Part shown: positions 49,072-58,101 of the stretch, piece after piece
Layout: each line of letters opens with the position of its first letter
Numbering within the stretch: the stretch's first letter is position 1
Assembly (NCBI GenBank): GCA_027623195.1
Contig: JAQBUT010000004.1
Coordinates: 64,001-128,000, forward strand
DNA length: 64,000 bases
Source: Chloroflexota bacterium
GTDB taxonomy: Bacteria; Chloroflexota; Dehalococcoidia; Lucifugimonadales; JADFKI01
Direction: 5' to 3'
The notes under the pieces: model-generated
What the model saw: the letters and a program-made list of their open reading frames with translations, nothing else
Told to the model about the DNA's origin: nothing
Databases searched by the model: none
Translations under genes and position numbers: made by a program

Positions 49072-49867
49072 CTATCCTTCGTATCTCGCTACAACGAGGT
49101 TAAAGAGGTTGAACTTGCCTACCTCTGGGTAAAAGTAGTGGGCGTCGAACTTCTCGATGGTGAAACCATTTTCTTCTAGGTCCTTTAGAGACACTACGTT
49201 ATCGGCGGCATGATAACTTTGAATGGCCTCACCAAGATTATGCGGAGCAATACCTCGGAGCTTACCAAAAGTCCTAAGAAAACTCATAGGATGGGCCTTC
49301 ATATACCGGAGGTTGGTTTTCGTGGGCCACCTACGCGCGTGCCCACAGAAGGCTTCAACCTTCTCCAGATGTTGTTCTCAGTAGTATGTCGTCATAGAAG
49401 GTTGTTTTGAATACCGAAGGTCTCTGGACGTCGTATATGGCAGCGGCGGTCTGACCGTCATAGCGAAAATCCAACACCGGCAGGTCCGAAGACCCAATGG
49501 GGAAATCTATAAGAATATAAGCGCCTGGATTGAGCAAGGCCTTCAATTCCCTAATGAATTTCGCATTACTGATTATGAAGAACGACGACCTAAAACAGGT
49601 AACTATATCGGCTCTCAAAACATCACCAAGAGCGGAAAGATCGTTCAAGTCGTGGCGAAGAGCGCCGGAAATGTCGTCCAAGAACAGGTCGCATGGTCGG
49701 TATTGGAACGGAAGATCTTGAAGCAGTTCCTCGACCACGATACTAGGTGCCCTTTCCGCCAACCCCAGTACTACAGGGTTGTTCGGCAACTTGGACCTCA
49801 TATCATCATATAGAGGCCTCACGGCCTCTTGTAACCAATTGAAATGGAATTCGTCGCTGACACCCAT
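49072..49867 (-). pseudogene. Frameshifted putative class I methyltransferase-like gene
   Basis: DIVTCFRSS...ELKALLNPGAYILIDF. The first frame stops at 49355; a second frame (EQHLEKVEAF...MKAHP) opens near 49377 and runs to 49072. Confidence 0.5.
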
Positions 49868-50076
49868 GATAAAATCAAGATAGCATTATGAGACGAAAAA
49901 GGGCAAGGTGCAGTGGGATTTCCCCAATCCCTTTTCGACTACGGCATTCCGGACTAGGCACCGTAAGGGGTCCAAACATCGCGGCTAGTGCCACAAACGT
50001 TAATATCCAAATTGCAAACGAAATCCCGTGTCACGAATAACCTATCAAATCAAATAATAGGGAAGAAAGTGACTTC

Positions 50077-50691
50077 TTATGGTGCTCCTCGAAACAGCCC
50101 TAATGTCTCTAGCTCCAGCTCCACTTGCGCCATGGACTCGAACCGTATGCCGGTTATACCCAGGCTGGTGGCTGACTCTATGTTTTCAGCCACGTCGTCG
50201 ATGAATACGCACTCATCCGGCGACACGCCCAATACTTCCAGCCCAGAAGTAAAGAAGGCTGTGTCCGGCTTGCAATGGCCTAACTCGTAAGACAACAACG
50301 TGTCAGCGAAGAGCGCCAGCGCGGGCTGCAACTCTGCGCTGCGCTTGTAATGCTCCTCGTCCGTGTTGGAGCCCAGCACCAGTCTGTGTTTTCCCTTAAC
50401 TCTTTCTAACAAAGGCAGGGCTTCGAGATTTGGGGCCAGAATGGAATTCCAATGGCCCATGAGTTCGTCAGCGGGCATTTTGATGTCCAGGCTGGCCGCT
50501 ACGCTGCTTGCGAACTCGCCTGTATCGATCTCCCCGCGCATGTAAGCGAGGTGCGTATCGCTGTTAAGGACGGTCTCTAGCACCTGCTCGGGAGCCATAC
50601 CAGCCGCGCGTCCCAGGGGTTCGGTGGCGTGTTCCCAGTGCGTCCAGACGATCACACCGCCCATGTCGAATATTACTGTCGAAATCGCCAA
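50077..50691 (-). CDS. HAD-family phosphatase (YihX-like)
   Basis: IFDMGGV, GSNT, KPD, FIDD. Confidence 0.9.
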   Translation of the reverse strand: MAISTVIFDMGGVIVWTHWEHATEPLGRAAGMAPEQVLETVLNSDTHLAYMRGEIDTGEFASSVAASLDIKMPADELMGHWNSILAPNLEALPLLERVKGKHRLVLGSNTDEEHYKRSAELQPALALFADTLLSYELGHCKPDTAFFTSGLEVLGVSPDECVFIDDVAENIESATSLGITGIRFESMAQVELELETLGLFRGAP

Positions 50692-50759
50692 TTCGAACCC
50701 TCATTTCAATAGTATCGAATATTTGATGAAGCCCATAACGAACCTGCAACGTTGGGCAT

Positions 50760-50923
50760 TTGAACCCTAGAATCTACCCTGTTATTATATAGAGGCAGCC
50801 AATCCTAGCCGGGAACGGTGAGCATTACAATGAAAATCGAACTAAGCGCCTTGGTAGGCGTCTGCGCAGCCACAATTGTAACGGGACAAAGCCTTTCTGA
50901 CGAGGGTCGGAAAGGCTTTTGTC
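50760..50923 (+). promoter_or_regulatory. Promoter plus attenuator-type leader of the pan operon (pan RNA motif candidate)
   Basis: TTGAAC-17-TATTAT (50760-50788); AGCC...AACGG repeated at 50807-50818 and 50868-50884; terminator hairpin 50885-50923 before the first gene. Confidence 0.7.
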
Positions 50924-50939
50924 GTTGTTTGGGATGTAT

Positions 50940-51926
50940 TTGACTGATTCAATGGGCATTACAGACGTAGAGGGCGTGAAGGTGGGTCATAGTACTAACC
51001 TGGAGGCGGCAACCGGCTGTACCGTAATCCTGTGCGAGGACGGAGCCGTTGGTGGTGTCGACGTACGTGGCCCGTCGCCCGGCACCCGCGAGACGGACCT
51101 GTTGCGCCCCACGTATAACGTCAACGTCGTTCACGCCATCCTGCTCAGTGGGGGCAGCGCCTTCGGACTGGACGCTGCGTCGGGTGTCATGCGCTACCTT
51201 GAGGAGCGAGACATTGGGTACCAGGCTGGTGACGTTAAGGTGCCCATAGTCCCGGCGGCGATACTTTACGACCTGAGAATGATTACAAACAAGGTCCGCC
51301 CTGGACCTGAAGACGGCTACGCGGCCTGCGAAAGCGCCTCAAGAGAGCCTGTCGAAGAGGGCAGCGTTGGAGCCGGCACAGGAGCCACCGTGGGCAAGGT
51401 CATGGGCTACGACCGGGGCGTCAAAGGCGGCATTGGAACATCCAGCATACATCTGGGCGACGGCCTTGTGGTGGGCGCAATAACTGCTGTTAACGCCATA
51501 GGCGGCGTGTACGAGCACCGCACGGGCGCGCTGGTTGCAGGCCCGCGTAACCCAGACTCCGGACTAATGTTGGATTCGCTGGAGCTCATGACCTCTCCAA
51601 ACTTCAAGAGGCCGCAGGTGGTGCCGGGAACCAACACGACTATTGGAGTTGTGGCGACCAACGCCCGCCTAACGAAAGAGCAAGCCAACAAGCTAGCGTC
51701 ATCGTCCCACGACGGCCTGGCCATGGCGGTAAGACCTGCCCACCTAATGGGCGACGGAGACGTCATATTCGGGCTGGCAACTGGCAAGCACGAGCCAGAG
51801 GTCGAACTTAACCGGATACTGGCCGCCGCCGCGGTCTGCGTCAGCGATGCCATAGTGCGGGCCATTCGCATGGCCACAGGCCTGGGTGGAATTCCCTGCA
51901 TTGGTGAGTTGGCAAAACATGACTAG
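50940..51926 (+). CDS. Peptidase family P1/S58 Ntn hydrolase (NylC/DmpA-like)
   Basis: ITDVEGVKVGH, DVRGPSPGTRETDLL, GGSAFGL, GAGTGA, KGGIG, GTNTTIGVVATN, DGDVIF. Start uncertain (50934-50952). Confidence 0.9.
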   Translation: MTDSMGITDVEGVKVGHSTNLEAATGCTVILCEDGAVGGVDVRGPSPGTRETDLLRPTYNVNVVHAILLSGGSAFGLDAASGVMRYLEERDIGYQAGDVKVPIVPAAILYDLRMITNKVRPGPEDGYAACESASREPVEEGSVGAGTGATVGKVMGYDRGVKGGIGTSSIHLGDGLVVGAITAVNAIGGVYEHRTGALVAGPRNPDSGLMLDSLELMTSPNFKRPQVVPGTNTTIGVVATNARLTKEQANKLASSSHDGLAMAVRPAHLMGDGDVIFGLATGKHEPEVELNRILAAAAVCVSDAIVRAIRMATGLGGIPCIGELAKHD

Positions 51927-52803
51927 TTTCAACCGGCAGTCGAAGATAGCCTTTCTGGGCGCAGGCAAGGTCGGTGGCTCTCTGGCGCTGGCCCTGGCAA
52001 ACGCTGGCTATCCCGTAATAGCCGTGGCCAGCAGGACACAAGCCTCGGCCAACGAATTTGCCGAGCGGATCAGCGGCTGCGAAGCCTACCAGGGCTACCA
52101 GGAGGCGGCGGATTTGGCTGATGTGGCCTTCGTAACCACGTCGGACGACTACATTAGCCCGGTGGCAGCATCTGTGACGTGGAGCCAAGGTCAGGCGGTG
52201 GTGCACTGCTCCGGAGCGGCGTCGCTGGACCTGTTCGACGGACCAAAGGCCCAGGGCGCGATACCAGGGGCATTCCATCCGCTGCAAGCCTTCTCGTCTG
52301 TGGAAAATGGGGTGAAGAGCATACCCGGCACAACGTTCGGCATTGAGGCCGGAGACGACATAAGGCCATACCTGGAGCGGATGGCCCACGATATCGGAGC
52401 GAATCCTGTCCTTCTGAGAGCTGAAGATAAGGTGCTCTACCACCTGAGCGGCGTCCTGATGGGCAACCTGCTCACCTGCCTTGTGGGCATCGCCGGCGGC
52501 GTTTGGGAGCACATAGGCTACACCCGCGCGGACGGCGTTAAAGCGCTGCTCCCCATGATGCGAGCGGTCGCTAACAATATCGAAGCGTCGGGCATACCGG
52601 GTGCGGTAGCTGGTCCTTATCCCCGCGGTGACATCGGCACCATAAACAAACACCTGGAGGCGCTGCGGGACCGTGATCCCAGCCTGCTTCCGCTTTACTG
52701 CGAACTCGCGCTCGCCGGGCTGCCCCAGGCTGTAGAGCGCGGCCTAAACGAAAACACAGGCGAAGAGATTCGCCGTAACATCGAGAAATTTCGAGAGCGA
52801 TAA
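51919..52803 (+). CDS. panG: Rossmann + DUF2520 protein, probable ketopantoate reductase (PanG type)
   Basis: [33 protein letters not shown]; directly upstream of panB. Confidence 0.8.
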   Translation: MTSFNRQSKIAFLGAGKVGGSLALALANAGYPVIAVASRTQASANEFAERISGCEAYQGYQEAADLADVAFVTTSDDYISPVAASVTWSQGQAVVHCSGAASLDLFDGPKAQGAIPGAFHPLQAFSSVENGVKSIPGTTFGIEAGDDIRPYLERMAHDIGANPVLLRAEDKVLYHLSGVLMGNLLTCLVGIAGGVWEHIGYTRADGVKALLPMMRAVANNIEASGIPGAVAGPYPRGDIGTINKHLEALRDRDPSLLPLYCELALAGLPQAVERGLNENTGEEIRRNIEKFRER

Positions 52804-52846
52804 CGGACATAGGCCCTCACTCAAGAAAGACAAGAGGAGGTACCAG

Positions 52847-53695
52847 ATGCGAGTGACAATCCGAGACCTGAAGAACATGAAGGCGCGTGGCGAGAAGATA
52901 GCCATGATAACCGCCTACGACTACACGTCGGCCATGATAGTCGAGAGGGCGGGCATACCTATCATTCTGGTTGGCGACAGCCTCGGGCACGTAATAATGG
53001 GCCACGACTCCACGGTACCCGTGACTATGGCGGATATGATCCACCACATTCAGGCAGTAATGCGCGGCACGGAGAAGACTCACGTAGTCGGCGACATGCC
53101 ATTCATGAGCTATCAGGCCGACGCTGCCGACGGCGTTCGCAACGCCGGACGCCTGCTTAAAGAGGGCGGTTGCCAGTCGGTTAAGCTGGAGGGCGGACGC
53201 CCGGTGGCTGACATCGTGCGAAAGATTGTGCAGGCAGGCATACCTGTGATGGGTCACCTGGGCCTGACTCCTCAAGCGGTGAACCAGCTTGGCGGATACC
53301 GAATCCAGGGACGCACCACCAAGGCTGCTGTCGAGCTAATCGACGACGCTAAGGCCCTGGAAGAGGCTGGCGCTTACGCTCTGGTCCTGGAAGGCGTACC
53401 CACGCAACTGGCCCAGATGGTAACCGAACGACTCAGCATCCCCACCATAGGTATAGGCGCGGGCGTGCATTGCGACGGTCAGGTTCAGGTGTTCCACGAC
53501 CTGCTGGGGCTATTCGACGACTTCGCTCCCAAGCACGCCAGAAAATACGCCAACCTGTCGGAAGTTATTCAGGACGCAGTTTCGCGATATGTCAGCGATG
53601 TGCAGGCCCGGACCTTCCCCAATGAAAAGGAGAGCTTCAATATGAAGCCTGAGGTGGCGCAGGAGCTTACCGGCCAGCACTTCGAGACGGTATAA
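52847..53695 (+). CDS. panB: 3-methyl-2-oxobutanoate hydroxymethyltransferase
   Basis: [39 protein letters not shown]...DGQVQVFHD. Confidence 0.97.
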   Translation: MRVTIRDLKNMKARGEKIAMITAYDYTSAMIVERAGIPIILVGDSLGHVIMGHDSTVPVTMADMIHHIQAVMRGTEKTHVVGDMPFMSYQADAADGVRNAGRLLKEGGCQSVKLEGGRPVADIVRKIVQAGIPVMGHLGLTPQAVNQLGGYRIQGRTTKAAVELIDDAKALEEAGAYALVLEGVPTQLAQMVTERLSIPTIGIGAGVHCDGQVQVFHDLLGLFDDFAPKHARKYANLSEVIQDAVSRYVSDVQARTFPNEKESFNMKPEVAQELTGQHFETV

Positions 53696-53706
53696 GTCCT
53701 GACTGC

Positions 53707-54537
53707 ATGAAAGTAATCGACACTATAGCTGAATTTCGGAATACGTCTGCAGGTGCGGCCAAACCGTTGGGCTTGGTGCCCACCATGGGATTCCTACACC
53801 AGGGGCACATGTCGCTGGTGCAGAGGGCCCGTGCCGAAAACGCTACGGTCGCCGTCAGCATTTTCGTTAACCCTACGCAGTTCAGTCCTAATGAGGATTT
53901 TTCGGCCTACCCACGGAATATGGGCGCCGATCTTGCCATGCTCAGGGAAGCTGGCGTTGATCTAGTCTTCGCCCCACGTGCCGAAGAGGTATACCCGTCG
54001 GGCTTCGAGACGCAGGTGGACGTAGGCAACATCGCCTCCAGGCTGGAGGGGGAACACAGGCCGGGCCACTTCAAGGGCGTCGCCACAGTCGTATGCAAAC
54101 TGTTGACCATCGTCAGGCCCGACAGGTGCTACTTCGGTCAGAAGGACGCGCAGCAATGCCTGGTCATACAACGGCTCAATACCGACCTTAACCTGGGCGC
54201 AGAAATTGTCGTTTGTCCTACGGTGCGGGAACCGGACGGTCTGGCCCTCAGCAGCCGCAACGTAAACCTCAGCCCCGACGAACGTAATGCGTCGTTGGTG
54301 CTGTACCGCGCGCTGTCCAAAGCCAAGGCCATGCGAGACTCCGGGGTCGCCGATGCTGAGGAAATCAAGCTAGCCATGCGAAACTTAATCGAGGGCGAAC
54401 CCCTGGCGCAGATTGGTTACGTCAGCGTGGCCGACCCGTTCACCTTGCTGGAGCTAAGTAATATAGACGGACAAGCTCTGGCCTCCATGGCCGTGCACAT
54501 CGGCAAAACCCGGCTCATCGACAACATGGTGATATGA
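53707..54537 (+). CDS. panC: Pantoate-beta-alanine ligase
   Basis: VPTMGFLHQGH, SIFVNPTQF, RPGHFKGV, FGQKDAQQ, GLALSSRN, RLIDN. Confidence 0.97.
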   Translation: MKVIDTIAEFRNTSAGAAKPLGLVPTMGFLHQGHMSLVQRARAENATVAVSIFVNPTQFSPNEDFSAYPRNMGADLAMLREAGVDLVFAPRAEEVYPSGFETQVDVGNIASRLEGEHRPGHFKGVATVVCKLLTIVRPDRCYFGQKDAQQCLVIQRLNTDLNLGAEIVVCPTVREPDGLALSSRNVNLSPDERNASLVLYRALSKAKAMRDSGVADAEEIKLAMRNLIEGEPLAQIGYVSVADPFTLLELSNIDGQALASMAVHIGKTRLIDNMVI

Positions 54538-54559
54538 TGAGTGACCGCAATATGGTTTA

Positions 54560-55357
54560 TTGGAGACCCGCTTGAACATCCTCATCACCAATGACGACAG
54601 CGTAAACGCGACCGGCCTATGGACGCTGGCCAGGGCATTACAGGAGCTAGGCACCGTGACAGTCGTTGCGCCAGACCGCGACCAGAGTGGTATCGGCGCT
54701 GCGCTTACGCTGCAAGCCGTCGTTCGGACCCGCGAAGTGGACCCACCTCCAGTGGAAGGCATTCGCACGATTGCGGTAGAAGGCACGCCGGCGGACTGCG
54801 TTGTTCTGGCAGTGGAAAGCCTGGTGTCCGGTCCCATCGACCTGCTGGTTTCCGGGATCAACCAGGGTTCAAATTTAGGCATGGACGTGATGGTATCCGG
54901 GACGTTTGGCGGAGCAATGCAGGGTTACTTTCGCAACATACCCTCCATCGCTATTTCAGTGGCCTCTCTCACCAACGTCCAGTACGATGCAGCCGCGCTA
55001 ACGGCCAAAACTCTGGCAAAATCCATTTCCAGTAATGGATTCACGGCGCCTCTCATGTTTAACGTCAACCTACCCAACGCCACGCCGGACCGCATCCAGA
55101 ATGTAGACATCACCCGGCTGGGACCACGCCAATACCTGGAGAACGTGGAGCGGGGAACCAACGGTCGAGCGACTCACTACTGGATAAAGCACAACAAGAA
55201 CATCAACCCCACCGTCGCCGAGGGCACGGACATATGGGCCATTCGCAACAGCCGTATATCAATCACCCCTATGAACGGCCTGTTTGGCCCCGATGAATCC
55301 TCTCCTGATTTTCAGGTGCTGGCGGACGATGTGGCAAACAGCCTGGGCATCGCATGA
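54560..55357 (+). CDS. surE: 5'/3'-nucleotidase SurE
   Basis: ILITNDD, VVAPDRDQSG, GTPADCV, SGINQGSNLG, NVNLP, SITP. Confidence 0.9.
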   Translation: METRLNILITNDDSVNATGLWTLARALQELGTVTVVAPDRDQSGIGAALTLQAVVRTREVDPPPVEGIRTIAVEGTPADCVVLAVESLVSGPIDLLVSGINQGSNLGMDVMVSGTFGGAMQGYFRNIPSIAISVASLTNVQYDAAALTAKTLAKSISSNGFTAPLMFNVNLPNATPDRIQNVDITRLGPRQYLENVERGTNGRATHYWIKHNKNINPTVAEGTDIWAIRNSRISITPMNGLFGPDESSPDFQVLADDVANSLGIA

Positions 55358-55465
55358 CGCCTCCCTGTTCATCTTAGGGAACAGTTGACAGGCATTGGCC
55401 TCCCCCACGACAATTGGCAGCGAGCGAATACCCGCTAACTACGTGCTAATTAATAGGAGGCCACC

Positions 55466-55792
55466 ATGATCTACGAGTACCGCGTTTACGAGACTTTACC
55501 TGGAATGCTCCCTAACCTTCACGCCCGATTCCGCGACCACACCACCAAGATCTTCGAGCGACACGGCATCAAGAACATCGGCTACTGGACTTCCGAGGTA
55601 GGCGACTTCTCCGACAGACTCATTTACATCGTGGCCTTTGAAGACGCCGGACAGCGTCAAAGGGCCTGGGAATCCTTCCGCAACGACCCAGAGTGGCAGA
55701 AGGTCCGCGCAGAATCCGAGGCCAACGGTCTCATCGTTAAGCGCGTGTCCAACAGTCTTCTGAATCCCACCGACTACTCGCCCCTACAGTAG
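55466..55792 (+). CDS. NIPSNAP family protein
   Basis: IYEYRVY, RFRDHT, AWESFRNDPEW, PTDYSPL; AGGAGG SD. Confidence 0.92.
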   Translation: MIYEYRVYETLPGMLPNLHARFRDHTTKIFERHGIKNIGYWTSEVGDFSDRLIYIVAFEDAGQRQRAWESFRNDPEWQKVRAESEANGLIVKRVSNSLLNPTDYSPLQ

Positions 55793-55946
55793 ACAATCTA
55801 TCCACCGGAATTATGGTTCCTTGCCATACCGCCGTCGCCGTTATATGCTAGGCGGCGGCACTGGCGTGGGCACGCCTTCCCGCACCGTGTGCCATCATGA
55901 AAATTGCTTTCCGCTATACATCTAAAAAGAGGAGGAAGAGCACGCA

Positions 55947-57089
55947 ATGGCTGATTTGCGCAGAACTGTCGCCATAGTTGGCGTAGCCGAATCCGACGAG
56001 ATCGGACGAGTAGAGAAATCAAATCTTCAGCTTCATGCCGAAGCTGCCTACAACGCCCTGGAGGACGCCGGGCTGACAATGAAGGACGTCAACGGCCTTA
56101 TGACGGCTGGCACCTCAACGATCAACCTGGGCGAGTACCTGGGCGTACAGCCCATGTTCACAGATACCACGGCAGTTGGCGGATCGTCGTTCATCATCCA
56201 CATAGCCCACGCTATGGCCGCCATCAACGCCGGCTACTGCGACACCATCCTGGTCACCCACGGCGAGGCGGGACGCAGCGCCCGTTCCCGGCCCGGCGCG
56301 AACGCCTCGGATCCGGGGCCGCAATACGAGATTCCGTACGGGTTCATCGGCGCCCCCATCAACTACGCCATGGCCGCCCGACGTTACATGCACATCTACG
56401 GCGACGACTATACTCGGCAGGGCATGGCCGAGGTAGCCGTGGCAACCCGCAAGTGGGCCAACCTTAACCCCAAGGCCTACATGCAGGGTCAGGAAATGTC
56501 CTTCGACGACTACCACGACTCCCGCTGGATCTCGTGGCCTTTCCATCTGTTCGACTGCTGCCTGGTGACAGACGCCGGCGGCGCATACGTGGTCACTACG
56601 GCCGAGCGCGCACGCAACCTGCCCAAGAAGCCCGTATACGTATTGGGCGCAGGCGAGGGCCACGACCACGGCATCCTTAGCCAGATGCCTGACCTAACCC
56701 GCACATGGGCCAGGAACTCCGGCCCTGCTGCCATGAAAATGGCAGGCGTCACTCACAACGACATCGATCTGGCCATGATTTACGACTCCTTCACCTACAC
56801 TGTGCTGGCCACACTGGAAAGCCTGGGCTTCTGCGGTCCCGGAGAGGCTCCTGACTTCGTCAAGGACCAGCGCACGGCACCCGGTGGAAACTTCGCCATG
56901 AACACCAGCGGTGGCGGCCTGTCCTACACACACTCGGGCATGTATGGCATGTTCCTGGTGCTCGAGGCGGTACGTCAGCTTCGCGGCGAGACCGGCGAAA
57001 GGCAGATTGATAATCCCAAGCTGTCTCTGGTCCACGGTACCGGCGGGTCCCTGTCATCCACAGGAACCGTAATCCTGGGTGTCGACTAA
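55947..57089 (+). CDS. SCP-x/Ltp2-type thiolase-fold protein
   Basis: AIVGVAES, FDCCLVTDAGGA, IYDSFT, NTSGGGLSYTH, EAVRQLRG. Confidence 0.88.
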   Translation: MADLRRTVAIVGVAESDEIGRVEKSNLQLHAEAAYNALEDAGLTMKDVNGLMTAGTSTINLGEYLGVQPMFTDTTAVGGSSFIIHIAHAMAAINAGYCDTILVTHGEAGRSARSRPGANASDPGPQYEIPYGFIGAPINYAMAARRYMHIYGDDYTRQGMAEVAVATRKWANLNPKAYMQGQEMSFDDYHDSRWISWPFHLFDCCLVTDAGGAYVVTTAERARNLPKKPVYVLGAGEGHDHGILSQMPDLTRTWARNSGPAAMKMAGVTHNDIDLAMIYDSFTYTVLATLESLGFCGPGEAPDFVKDQRTAPGGNFAMNTSGGGLSYTHSGMYGMFLVLEAVRQLRGETGERQIDNPKLSLVHGTGGSLSSTGTVILGVD

Positions 57090-57115
57090 CAACTACTTAT
57101 AATGAGGAGCCGATA

Positions 57116-57532
57116 ATGACTTCCGATTACAAAAAGCCAATACCCGTCCCGCAGTTCGAGTCCGACCACTACTGGCAGAAGGCCAAGGAGAAGGAGCTGT
57201 GGCTGCGCAAGTGCAACGCCTGCAGCAAGGTCTACTTCTACCCCAGGGACATTTCGCCGTGCTGCTTTTCCAGGGACACCACCTGGGTTCAGGCCAGTGG
57301 CAAGGCCACGCTATTCACCTACGGCATAGTGCAGAGGGCGCCCCATCCTGGTTTCGTGCCGGATGTGCCCTTCGTTACTGCAATGGTGGAGCTTGAAGAG
57401 GGACCTATCATGGCAACAAACATCGTCATGGACGACCCTACGCCTGAGAAGCTGCAAGTTGGCATGGCGCTAGAAGTGGTGTTCGAGGACATCACAGACA
57501 CGATCGCTCTGCCGAAGTTCAAGCCTGCATAG
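57116..57532 (+). CDS. DUF35 Zn-ribbon/OB-fold acyl-CoA-binding protein
   Basis: KCNAC, YPRDISPCC, ASGKATLFTY, VELEEGP, LPKFKP. Confidence 0.9.
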   Translation: MTSDYKKPIPVPQFESDHYWQKAKEKELWLRKCNACSKVYFYPRDISPCCFSRDTTWVQASGKATLFTYGIVQRAPHPGFVPDVPFVTAMVELEEGPIMATNIVMDDPTPEKLQVGMALEVVFEDITDTIALPKFKPA

Positions 57533-57545
57533 GCTGCGTCATGAG

Positions 57546-57586
57546 AAAAAAAGAGGGCCGGTCAATTGACCGGCCCTCTTTTTTTT
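57546..57586. terminator. Bidirectional terminator (perfect palindrome)
   Basis: AAAAAAAGAGGGCCGGTCAATTGACCGGCCCTCTTTTTTTT. Confidence 0.88.
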
Positions 57587-57589
57587 GCC

Positions 57590-57916
57590 TTAGCTTTTGG
57601 CGTTTGCCTTGCACTCGTCGCAAGGACACAACTTTCTAAGCAGTTCAAATGGGTAAATGCCCGTATAGTGGGTATCGCTCCAGAGGAATTGAATAGCATA
57701 TTTACCCACAGGAATGTGGTCTTCTATGCGAATGTTCGCCTCCACAGTGGCAGGGTCCAGTAGAGGCCGGTTCGTCCACTCTTCCACGCATTCAGCACAT
57801 GAGCAGTTGATTCGCAGGTACTTGGACTCATAGTGACTCATGTGGCCGTCACTCCACTCCAAGTCCAACCCATCGTCGCCTATTTTTAGCCTGCTTACCT
57901 TGTGATTGGTCGTCAT
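57590..57916 (-). CDS. DUF971 / GBBH-N-like protein
   Basis: WSDGH, LRINCSCAEC, VGKYAIQFLWSDTHYTGIY, C-terminal CPCDEC. Confidence 0.88.
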   Translation of the reverse strand: MTTNHKVSRLKIGDDGLDLEWSDGHMSHYESKYLRINCSCAECVEEWTNRPLLDPATVEANIRIEDHIPVGKYAIQFLWSDTHYTGIYPFELLRKLCPCDECKANAKS

Positions 57917-58035
57917 ACGTTCCTCGGCTGATGCTGCGTTAGGTGCTTTCGCTGCGTCGCCCCGCGCACGTAGGCTTTGGCGTGGGGCGTTGTGACGTAG
58001 TTCCAGTATATGGCACCTTGGAATCCCACAACAAC

Positions 58036-58073
58036 AGAAAGGCCGTCCTGAAACTAATCAGAGCGGCCTTTCT
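58036..58073 (-). terminator. Hairpin downstream of the subtilase gene
   Basis: AGAAAGGCCG...CGGCCTTTCT. Confidence 0.55.
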
Positions 58074-58101
58074 AGCTAATCCATTTGGCGATTTTGAAGT
58101 G

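Noticed and set aside
50830..50943. 37-aa Cys-containing ORF in the pan leader as a leader peptide
   Set aside because: There is no clear SD and it runs through the terminator; an RNA-level explanation is simpler. Not fully excluded.
54578..54610. SurE NDDS instead of NDDG (and PIG-L NPDH instead of HPDH near 18745)
   Set aside because: Single substitutions with the other ligands intact; too weak to interpret without alignments.
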